This document shows positions 8,600 through 16,367 of a DNA stretch of 64,000 bases, piece after piece (the stretch's first letter is position 1; the number at the start of each line of letters is the position of its first letter). The notes under the pieces are model-generated. The model did no database searches. It was not told where the DNA came from and saw only the letters and a program-made list of their open reading frames with translations. Where the stretch lies: positions 15,098 through 79,097 of the forward strand of contig CAWEJB010000007.1 of assembly GCA_963809305.1 (NCBI GenBank), written 5' to 3'. Both the position numbers and the translations under genes were made by a program. Source of the stretch: an uncultured Pseudomonadota bacterium (GTDB lineage Bacteria > Pseudomonadota > Gammaproteobacteria > Steroidobacterales > Steroidobacteraceae).

Positions 8600-10696
8600 C
8601 TAGTGATTCGCAGCTGTGGTCACAGCCGCAGTGGCCGCTCCGGGCAGGTCGTGGCGCAGGGCGGCGAGGGTGGGCGCGGGTTCGGTGACTGGCTCGTTGT
8701 CGAGATAGTGGCCGAAAAAGACCAGATAGCGCCTCCAGCGGTCCTGGATGTGGCGCGGCTCGACGAAGCCGTGGTGCTCGCGCGGATAAGTGACGAACTC
8801 GACCGGTACGTGACGGTCCGAGAGGGCGCGATAGAATTCCTGCTGTTGCGCGATGGGAACGCGGTGATCGTCCAGGCCCTCCAGGATCATGGTCGGCGTC
8901 GTGACATCTTCGACGTACTTCATCGGCGAGTGATCCCAATATTCAGCACGCAGATCCCAAGGGTCTTTGTTCTTGAAGAAGATCTTGAGGTAGCTGTGGA
9001 TATCGGTTTGCGAATAGAACGGGTAAAGATCGGTCAGGCCCGCGCCGGGTGAAATGGCACGAAAGCGGCGGGTATGAGTGTCAATCCAGTAGCTCATATA
9101 GCCGCCATAGGACCAGCCGAACTCGCCCATGCGGTTGGGGTCGGCCCAGCCCTTGGCGATGACCGCGTCCACGCCGCTCATGTCATCGTGGAAGTCGCCA
9201 CCGCCCCAGTCGTTTTCGTCGGCGGTGGCAAAGGGCAATCCGCGTCCGCTGGAGCCGCGGAAGTTGGGCTCCAGCACCAGGTAGCCGTTAGCCGCCAGGA
9301 TCTGCTCGGTGGGGTTGAAACTGAGCGTCGTCGCGCCTGTGGGACCGCCGTGGGGACTGAGCAAGAAAGGGTACTTGCGCGAGGCGTCAAAGCCTACCGG
9401 TTCGGTGACCACGCCCTCGATCTCCATACCGTCGGCGGAGCTCTTCCATTTGAGCACGGTGGCGTTGCCGAGCGCGTAGCCGGCCAGCCATTGGTTCTGA
9501 TCGGTCAAGTTGTGGAGCACGGTGAAATCAAGGTTGGCGCGAAAGACTTCGGCCGGATGGGTGGGATCGCTCCAAGTCCCGATGGCAAAGCTGCCATCGG
9601 GGCTGATGTGGTCGAGGCGAACGTCGGCGGCTTGGCGGCTGAGGCGCCGCACCGCACCGCTCGCGACATTCACGGCGAAAACGGCCACGGCCTCATGGTC
9701 GCCGGTGCTGAAATAAATTGTTTGGCCATCCGGGGCCCATACGGGGGTTCCCGCGCCCAACGGGAACGTCAACGCGCGCGGCGTACCACCGGTGGCGGGA
9801 ACGAGATACAGTCCCGCGGCCACTTGCTGCCGGATCTGCTCCCCCTTTGGCGTGGCGAGGAAGGCGATGGTCGCACCATCGGGTGACCAGCGGGCGTCCA
9901 AGACGTAGTCGGCCGTGGGACCAAGCAGGCGCGTGTGGCTGGTCTGCAGGTTGAGTACGTATTCGGTCGCGCGGCTGCCGTCTTCCAGCGAGGGCGTAGG
10001 GCGAGTGACGAACAAGACTTCTTGGCCATTGGGCGACCACTGTGGATCGCTGACGGTGAAGTCGCCGTTGGTGAGCTGTTTTGCCTTGCCGCTGGCAATA
10101 TCCCACAGCCAGAGCTGTGACAGCATCGGGTCGTGATCCACAACGGCGGCGTCGCTATGATCCTTTATCTCCAGCAGATGAGCCGGGTTCGGTTTTGGGC
10201 CTGCCACCAGCAGAAGCGACTTGCCGTCGGGCGAGAAGGCGAAGTCTTGCACGCCTCCGGGCAGCGTGGTAACCAGCCAAGCAGAGCCGCCATTGGCGTA
10301 CATGAACCAGACTTGGGGCTTGGCGCTCTCCCCCGTACCCGCGGAGCTGATGAAGCCGAGCTTATCTCCATCGGGCGACCAGCGCACCTGCGTGGCGCTT
10401 TCATCGCCGCGCGTGTACTGACGTGCCGCGCTCGCCGGGCCGGCGGCGGATGTGACCCAGATTTGCGTCACAGCCTTCCAGGGCTTGTCCTTGGGTTCGA
10501 GCGTAGTCTGGACCAGGTAGGCGACACGGGTCTTATCCGGTGAAAGCACCGGCGAGGAGACTTCGGCCACGCGCAGTGCCGCGTCCGTGCCGAATAACAG
10601 TTTGCCATCTGCATTCCGCGCCGCCTGTTGTGCACTTGCCGTGAGATCAAGACCGAGCAGGATAACGCTGGCAAAGAACAGAAGATGGCGTTGCAT
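8600..10696 (-). CDS. secreted S9 family serine peptidase (prolyl oligopeptidase / acylaminoacyl-peptidase type)
   Basis: Start moved to ATG 10696 (GGAGGA just upstream; signal peptide MQRHLLFFASVILLGLDLTASAQQ). Repeated (W/F)SPDG propeller motifs. C-terminal hydrolase with GWSYGGYM, LEGLDDHRVP and YPREHHGF. Confidence 0.85.
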   Translation of the reverse strand: MQRHLLFFASVILLGLDLTASAQQAARNADGKLLFGTDAALRVAEVSSPVLSPDKTRVAYLVQTTLEPKDKPWKAVTQIWVTSAAGPASAARQYTRGDESATQVRWSPDGDKLGFISSAGTGESAKPQVWFMYANGGSAWLVTTLPGGVQDFAFSPDGKSLLLVAGPKPNPAHLLEIKDHSDAAVVDHDPMLSQLWLWDIASGKAKQLTNGDFTVSDPQWSPNGQEVLFVTRPTPSLEDGSRATEYVLNLQTSHTRLLGPTADYVLDARWSPDGATIAFLATPKGEQIRQQVAAGLYLVPATGGTPRALTFPLGAGTPVWAPDGQTIYFSTGDHEAVAVFAVNVASGAVRRLSRQAADVRLDHISPDGSFAIGTWSDPTHPAEVFRANLDFTVLHNLTDQNQWLAGYALGNATVLKWKSSADGMEIEGVVTEPVGFDASRKYPFLLSPHGGPTGATTLSFNPTEQILAANGYLVLEPNFRGSSGRGLPFATADENDWGGGDFHDDMSGVDAVIAKGWADPNRMGEFGWSYGGYMSYWIDTHTRRFRAISPGAGLTDLYPFYSQTDIHSYLKIFFKNKDPWDLRAEYWDHSPMKYVEDVTTPTMILEGLDDHRVPIAQQQEFYRALSDRHVPVEFVTYPREHHGFVEPRHIQDRWRRYLVFFGHYLDNEPVTEPAPTLAALRHDLPGAATAAVTTAANH

Positions 10697-10932
10697 GAGG
10701 TCCTCCGAGTATCCCGCGTGACGTGGCGCCATGAAACTATCATGCCGCGCGCCTGAATCTCAACCGGCTTTGTGTTGGCGAATCAGCTGGCCGTCGCAGT
10801 ACGACGGCGCCTGGTCTCATTGGCCGCGGAATCCACCAAACTTGAACTCCGGGCAGCGCGGCGGCTGCACCGTCATACCGTACCCGAGAACTGAGCTACG
10901 CAGCCGATGACTTCGATCTGAACGACCGTGGG

Positions 10933-11499
10933 TCACACTACCTTTGCCAGTAGGTGATCCCAATCGATGCTGACGCCGGGAACGGCCGTGATCGCCGTTT
11001 GACCCCTGAGCTTGAGGACGACCGGTTCAGTGTAATGACCGGCTACGATTCGGCAGATCGTGACGGTGCGATCGGTGGGATCTACTAGCCAGATTTCAGG
11101 GACGCCGGCGCGTTCGTAGGCAGACAGTTTGGTGGTTCGGTCGTAGCGGGCGGTAGAGGGGGAGAGGACTTCCGCAATCCAGTCGGGGGCGCCGCGCATG
11201 CCACGGTCGTCGAGCTTTCGCAGATCGCAGACGATGAGGATATCGGGCTGCACTACGGTGTCGATTTGATCGTCGTCATCAGCGCTGTTCTTCGGCAAGC
11301 GGACGTCAAAGGGCGCGACGTAGGCGCGGCCGGATTTACCCTCGAGTGAGCAGGTTACTTGCATACAAAGCTCGACCAGGACCTCTTGGTGTAATCGCGA
11401 GGGCGCCGGCGGCTCTCCGACATACGCGACGCCATCTATGAGCTCGTTCCCGCTGGTGGCGGACCAGGTGAGGTAGTCGGCGTAGGTGTGGTGTTGCAT
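10933..11499 (-). CDS. Uma2 family (PD-(D/E)XK-like, DUF820) endonuclease
   Basis: Family pattern: YADYLTW....ELIDGV, PSRLHQEVLVEL, APFDVRLP, VQPDILIVCD, APDWIAEVLSPSTARYDRTTKLSAYERAGVPEIWLVDP. Confidence 0.75.
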   Translation of the reverse strand: MQHHTYADYLTWSATSGNELIDGVAYVGEPPAPSRLHQEVLVELCMQVTCSLEGKSGRAYVAPFDVRLPKNSADDDDQIDTVVQPDILIVCDLRKLDDRGMRGAPDWIAEVLSPSTARYDRTTKLSAYERAGVPEIWLVDPTDRTVTICRIVAGHYTEPVVLKLRGQTAITAVPGVSIDWDHLLAKVV

Positions 11500-11600
11500 A
11501 TCGCGCTCACGCATGCGATCTATTTTACTGGCTCTCCGGTGGGTGGTCAGGGAAGAATTGCCTTCTTCACGATTTTACGGATCGAAGGAGACGGCCTAAG

Positions 11601-11633
11601 CCGACGCGTATCACGCGTAGTTCTCCGACGCGT
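11601..11633. repeat. cluster of three ACGCGT palindromes / CCGACGCGT direct repeat upstream of the Uma2 gene
   Basis: ACGCGT at 11604-11609, 11613-11618 and 11628-11633. CCGACGCGT occurs at 11601 and 11625. The cluster lies about 100-135 nt upstream of the Uma2 start. Confidence 0.5.
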
Positions 11634-11778
11634 GTCCTGCGGCCACCCGGGCGAACTCACCAGGATCGCCGCTGCCGTTCGATCTTCATTACGTACCGAT
11701 GGGCCCGCTCGCGGTAGCGCTGGAGGATGCACGAGACCGGAGAGGGTAGAGGGGAGTAGATGGTGGGGACTGCTCCCC

Positions 11779-13431
11779 TCAGGTAGTGTTCTGTTTGACG
11801 TGTTCCCAGACCTTGGAGATTACGACAGAGCCTTCGCCCACCGCTGAGGCCACCCGCTTTACCGACCCCGCTCGCACGTCGCCGACAGCGAAAATGCCTG
11901 GATAGGAAGTGGCAAACGGCGAACCCGGTGGGCCGAGACCGGTGACGACGAATCCTTTGTCGTCGAGCTTCACCAAACCCGATAGCCATTCGGTGTTTGG
12001 CGCGGCACCCACCATGATGAATAGCGACCGCGCCGCAACCTTTCGCGACTGCCCGGTCTCGGCGTTGCGGATGGTGACGCTTTCCAGGTGCTCGCCGCCT
12101 TCCAGTGCTGTGACCTCGGAGTCGTATTCGATCGTGATACCCGGGTCAGCCTCGAGGCGGCTGGTAAGATAGCTCGACATCGAAGCGGCAAGCGAGGAGC
12201 CCCGCACCAGCACACGGACGCACCGGGCATAGCGGCATAGGAACATCGCAGCTTGGCCGGCGGAATTACCGCCGCCGATGATGACGGCCTCGGTGTCCTT
12301 ACAATATCGAGCCTCCATCTCAGTGGCCGAATAGTACACGCCCGCGCCCTCGAGATCGGCCAGCCGTTCCAGGGGCAGTCGCCGATACTGTACCCCGCTC
12401 GCGACCACGATTGCACTGGCCCGGACGCGCTGGCCATTCTCGAAGGTGGCGCAGAAGGCACCGTTGTCTTGCACCTCCAGCGCCGCGACTCGACGCGGTA
12501 GCGCAAATCGGGTGCCGAACTTCATGGCCTGCACCTCGCCACGCCACAAGAGGTCCGCGCCGGAGATGCCGGTTGGGAAGCCCATGTAGTTCTCGATTCG
12601 GCTCGACGTTCCGGCTTGGCCTCCCAAAGCAACGTCCTCAACGACCAGTGCGCATAGACCCTCGGCGCCAGCGTAAACGGCCGCTGCTACACCGGCGGGA
12701 CCCCCACCCACGATGAGCACATCGAAATGCTCGTCGCCGTTGAAGTCGATGTTGAGTCCGAGGAGTCGCGCTATCTTATCCGGCGTGGCATCCGTGATAG
12801 GTATTTTGCTGCCGAAAATAACGGCAGGAGTGCTGGCATCGATTGCGCAGCTCTTGGCCGATGCCTCGGCTTCCGGGCTGTGCAGCGGCACCGATGCATA
12901 CGGCAACCGATTGCGGCTGGCGAACTCGGCGATGCGACGCACGTTGCGATCAACATCCTCACCAATAAGGTAGAGGCCGCTGCGGCGATCCTCGAGCTGC
13001 CGGCGGCGCCGGGCCGCAAACACGGTGATGACGATGTCCGACATCTCGGGGATCTGCGACATGAGCGTGAGGAAGGTCTCGCGCGGTACTTCAATTACTC
13101 GAGTATCGACCACCGTGCGCAGCGGCAAGGAGGCGGTACCGCCGTACAGCAGGCTGATCTCCCCCATAAACTGAGTTGGCCCAATGGTCGAGGGATAATG
13201 GCGCTCGCCAGTGAACGGATTGACTACTTCAATCTCGCCTTCCTCGACGTACACGAATCGGTTCGCCTTTTGGCCCGGCTGGGCCATGATTGTGCCCTTG
13301 GGATACGTCACTACCTTCCCTGCCGCCCGCAGTGCCTCAACATGCGAGCGGGAGAGTGGAGTCCGTATCATCTGTCGCAGATCTTCACCTATCGTCTCCA
13401 AACTGGCTCCTCGGGTTGGATTACGACGCAT
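11779..13431 (-). CDS. cyclic-nucleotide-binding domain fused to thioredoxin-reductase-like FAD/NAD(P) flavoprotein (CxxC absent)
   Basis: N-terminal CAP-type cNMP domain (KGTIMAQPGQKANRFVYVEEGEIEV...FMGEISLLYGG). It is followed by DVLIVGGGPAGVAAAVYAGAEGL, AVIIGGGNSAGQAAMFL and GIFAVGDVRAGSVKRVASAVGEG. The start is uncertain (ATG 13431 or 13371). Confidence 0.8.
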   Translation of the reverse strand: MRRNPTRGASLETIGEDLRQMIRTPLSRSHVEALRAAGKVVTYPKGTIMAQPGQKANRFVYVEEGEIEVVNPFTGERHYPSTIGPTQFMGEISLLYGGTASLPLRTVVDTRVIEVPRETFLTLMSQIPEMSDIVITVFAARRRRQLEDRRSGLYLIGEDVDRNVRRIAEFASRNRLPYASVPLHSPEAEASAKSCAIDASTPAVIFGSKIPITDATPDKIARLLGLNIDFNGDEHFDVLIVGGGPAGVAAAVYAGAEGLCALVVEDVALGGQAGTSSRIENYMGFPTGISGADLLWRGEVQAMKFGTRFALPRRVAALEVQDNGAFCATFENGQRVRASAIVVASGVQYRRLPLERLADLEGAGVYYSATEMEARYCKDTEAVIIGGGNSAGQAAMFLCRYARCVRVLVRGSSLAASMSSYLTSRLEADPGITIEYDSEVTALEGGEHLESVTIRNAETGQSRKVAARSLFIMVGAAPNTEWLSGLVKLDDKGFVVTGLGPPGSPFATSYPGIFAVGDVRAGSVKRVASAVGEGSVVISKVWEHVKQNTT

Positions 13432-13597
13432 ATTATACCGTCGGAATGATCTGTTACTCGACGTGGTCGGAACGGACCGGGGGCTGTAGACGTGATAGTT
13501 AGGCTGTGGAAGCGTTACTTCGCCGCGTAACCGAGAGCCCGACCGCAATTAACGCCCGTATTGGACCAAAGTAGCACGCGTGTGCGGCGTGCAAACT

Positions 13598-13831
13598 CTA
13601 GGGGGTCTCGATGCGGGGGACGATGCCGTGGGCCTCCGAGGATCCGAGCAACTGAGTCCACTGGTCATCTCGGGCTACGGCAAGGGCGTCTATGTCCCGC
13701 GTCGCGCGGGGCCGACCGAGGATCGACGCGGCGATGCCGCCTACGATCATCGCAGGAACTCCGGCCGTCTCGAGCCACCGCGTGAGATCGGCGAGCGCGG
13801 TAACAAAGAGTCGCGGAACTCGCTCCTTCAA
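13598..13831 (-). pseudogene. truncated nucleotidyltransferase-fold protein (about 77 aa N-terminal part only)
   Basis: MIVGGIAASILGRPRATRDIDALAV matches the GG.A....G..R.T.DID.L core of the AbiEii/DUF6036-like nucleotidyltransferases, which I recall as roughly 150-250 aa. The ORF stops after 77 aa with no continuation in other frames. TTG start in a TTGA overlap with the upstream ORF. Confidence 0.45.
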
Positions 13832-14052
13832 GGAAAAGCCTGACGGATACGTCGCCAGCGTTCGCGGACCTCATTGACACTTGCTTCCCGTGAGGCATCG
13901 TCCGCAAGTAGATCTGCGGAAGTCATGAGAGACCAGATCTGACGGAGTTTAAGCTCTATGGGTGCACGGCGAAGTTCCTCAACTTCAAACGCACCCGCCA
14001 GCTCGAGGCCCGCGAGATAGTCGCGAACAGATTTTGGGCTCACGCGATTCAT
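13828..14052 (-). CDS. hypothetical small protein, translationally coupled to the nucleotidyltransferase fragment
   Basis: 74 aa from ATG 14052 (TTG 14085 is also possible). No motif recognised. The stop overlaps the downstream start, and the 5' end overlaps the long tail of the NrtR-like ORF. Confidence 0.35.
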   Translation of the reverse strand: MNRVSPKSVRDYLAGLELAGAFEVEELRRAPIELKLRQIWSLMTSADLLADDASREASVNEVRERWRRIRQAFP

Positions 14053-14824
14053 AGGCCTGCTGCGAAGGCGGGTGCGCGGAGCCAAACGGCCGGGAAAACA
14101 GATGCGGCTGACCCTTTCGCCTGAGGCGATAGAGTTGAGCGGGGCGATTCGAGCCGCTCCTCATACGTGGAACCCGGTCGAGGACGTTCGCGGACAGTAC
14201 GCGCGTGCGAAATGCCTTCTTTTCGAGTTCACGGGCCAGGATGGCCTCATAAGTCTGCTGCAATTCGGTAAGTGTAAACTCATTGGGCATCAGAAAGGCG
14301 GGCAGCGACGTGTACTCGACTTTCGCTCGAAGCCTCGCCACTGCGGCTTTCAAAAGGGGGCCATGGTCAAATGCGAGGGTCACGGCGACCTTGTCGTCTA
14401 TGACTTTGAACCATTGCAGTTCGATCGCATTACCGCCCGGATGCAGGTCGACCTCGTCCGAAGCAATCAGCGAGAAATAAACATGAGTTACGGACCACCC
14501 ACGGGAATCTCGCGTGGCGCTGCCCCAGCTTCCGAGCTGCTCGAGGTACGCGGCCTCAAGGCCTGTTTTCTCTCGTAGCTTGCGCATGGCGCAGGCTTCC
14601 AGGTCGGTATCTCGCTCAATGTCGACAAACCCTCCGGGCAAGGCCCAGCATCGAGGAAACGGCTCTTCCGGGTCGGCAGGGCGCCTCACAAGGAGCACGC
14701 GGAGGGTGGAATCACGAACTGCGAAGATCACTACGTCGACAGTTGTCAGCGGGCGTACGAATTCGAGCCCCTTAGTAGGCGCTGCTTCAGGGCCGACAGC
14801 CTTGACTCTCCTCATGGTTGACAT
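13985..14824 (-). CDS. NrtR-like Nudix-domain transcriptional regulator
   Basis: Nudix fold with the box GGFVDIERDTDLEACAMRKLREKTGL. The C-terminal winged-helix part reads like NrtR (FTLTELQQTYEAILARELEKKAFRTRVL...NRPAQLYRL). A tail of about 40 aa beyond the usual family end overlaps the next ORF. Confidence 0.7.
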   Translation of the reverse strand: MSTMRRVKAVGPEAAPTKGLEFVRPLTTVDVVIFAVRDSTLRVLLVRRPADPEEPFPRCWALPGGFVDIERDTDLEACAMRKLREKTGLEAAYLEQLGSWGSATRDSRGWSVTHVYFSLIASDEVDLHPGGNAIELQWFKVIDDKVAVTLAFDHGPLLKAAVARLRAKVEYTSLPAFLMPNEFTLTELQQTYEAILARELEKKAFRTRVLSANVLDRVPRMRSGSNRPAQLYRLRRKGQPHLFSRPFGSAHPPSQQAYESREPKICSRLSRGPRAGGCV

Positions 14825-14832
14825 CCTAGCAT

Positions 14833-14864
14833 CTTAGTGGGACTATGACAATTACTTAGTGGGA
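14833..14864. repeat. 10-bp direct repeat CTTAGTGGGA x2, 22-bp period, immediately upstream of the NrtR-like gene
   Basis: Identical decamers at 14833-14842 and 14855-14864. A related CTTAGTAGG lies at 14771. They sit exactly at the high-GC to low-GC transition. Confidence 0.6.
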
Positions 14865-15226
14865 GCATGCCACTTACAGCTCGGGTGCTGCGAGGACACT
14901 ACTTCACGAGTGTGACCGAAGGGCCTCTCTATCACGTCAAGAATCTTGGGCTCTATATCAAGCTAGCGGGGAGGGAGTGAATCCAGACGGTGCTTACATC
15001 AATACTCCAATTAAGTGGAACAACTTTGATTGGTCTCAAGTGCCAGGGGCATCTACAGCTACGACTTACCAAGCCGCATTGCAAGACGCGATGAACTGGG
15101 CGCTGAGCAAGGAAAAATAAACATCCACTTTGGGGATTCCACAGGGCGCCAATCCAACTAAAGGGATTGGTGCCCTACATGAGCTTAACAGCCAAGATAC
15201 AATTTAAACGTAAGGAAACTCATGTC

Positions 15227-15895
15227 ATGACAGTTATGCGCACCAAGACCTGTTTGAGTGTTGTCTCGGCTGGGCTCGCGGTTTCGATGAGCATTAGCCC
15301 TGCTTGGCCTCAAAACAACCCTTTAGAGGCAGACTGCCATAGATTATCAACCATGACTATGAGTCAGTTAACTGAGCTCTCAGAAACAAACAGTCCATTT
15401 TGGACAGATGTAACCGCAAGACAGGCTTATCTCGCTGCGCTGCATGGCGGCGAACACGGTGTGACTTCATTCAAGCAACGCCACGCGCTTAATCTTGCCG
15501 CAGAAAGTGCAATTTTACTTGCATCCATTGTCAGACACGATTTGCCGCTGATGCAGGAGAATTACCAAGCTGGTATTGATTCTTATTACGCTGACAATCA
15601 ATTTGCGGGCATTCTGGTTGCAGCATCGAGATGCAATTTCTACGAAGGAGTGAAATTTATGCTGGATCGGGGCTTAAGCCCAAATTCCAACAATGCGACG
15701 GCGAGCGCTGGGCCATTTAATTATTCGCTGCTCTACAAGCATAGCAAGATCCCAGGGTTACTCTTGGCATATGGTTACGAGATAGATCTGAATTATAAAT
15801 GGTGCTTATCGTCGAAATATATTCTCCGTAGAACTCCCAACAGCATTGAGGGCGGAGTGGCGGAGCAAATTAAGAGCGCGAATTGCTATAAGTAA
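15227..15895 (+). CDS. hypothetical secreted protein with ankyrin-like repeat (low-GC)
   Basis: Start placed at ATG 15227 (AAGGA 10 nt upstream). Signal-like N-terminus MTVMRTKTCLSVVSAGLAVSMSISPAWP. ANK-like segment GILVAASRCNFYEGVKFMLDRGLSPNSNN. Codon usage is visibly AT-rich. Confidence 0.55.
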   Translation: MTVMRTKTCLSVVSAGLAVSMSISPAWPQNNPLEADCHRLSTMTMSQLTELSETNSPFWTDVTARQAYLAALHGGEHGVTSFKQRHALNLAAESAILLASIVRHDLPLMQENYQAGIDSYYADNQFAGILVAASRCNFYEGVKFMLDRGLSPNSNNATASAGPFNYSLLYKHSKIPGLLLAYGYEIDLNYKWCLSSKYILRRTPNSIEGGVAEQIKSANCYK

Positions 15896-16036
15896 GCCAG
15901 CTGACGGCGAGATCTTGACCGCTGACGTCTGCAATTGTGTCTTCGAACGTAGGTGATCTACGCCTTGACAGGCTGTTGAAAAACTCGGCATTTCGGGCAA
16001 ATTAGCGGTTGTCTGGTACACGATAGAGGTCCTCGG

Positions 16037-16291
16037 ATGCGCGGATCGGATTCGAAGCAGGAGGCGATGTTCAGCCACGTCTCTCCCGAAGCGCGGGTTC
16101 CGACGAATCATCCGCTGCGACCGATCCGCGCGATGGTGTCGGAGGCATTGGCGCAAATGGGCGGAAGACTGGAGAAGCTGTACTCGCAGACGGGGAGGCC
16201 TTCCATTGCACCTGAGCGGCTGATTCGGGCGCTGATGCTGCAGGTGCTGTATTCGATCCGTAGCGAGCGGCTGCTGGTCGAGCGAGCATAG
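16037..16291 (+). mobile_element. IS5/IS1182-type transposase, N-terminal (DUF772-like) fragment only
   Basis: MRGSDSKQEAMFSHVSPEARVPTNHPLRPIRAMV...GRPSIAPERLIRALMLQVLYSIRSERLL is the conserved N-terminus of these transposases. The ORF stops after 84 aa, where intact homologues as I recall them continue (..EQL.YNLLFRWF..). Confidence 0.7.
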
Positions 16292-16367
16292 CGGCTAGAA
16301 TCTGCATAATTCACGGAAATCCCGTGAAAATACACTGAAATATTTCTGAAGAATATCTGATAACAAA

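Noticed and set aside
10899-10931. Possible att-like copy of the dusA 5' core (GCAGCCGATGACTTCGATCTGAACGACCGTGGG versus dusA GCGCCGATGATGGACTGGACCGACCGTCATTG at 16396-16427)
   Set aside because: The similarity is limited to CCGATGA and CTG.AC.GACCGT, with a 3-nt indel. That is too weak by eye to claim a displaced dusA 5' end. It needs a proper alignment or an island-free reference.
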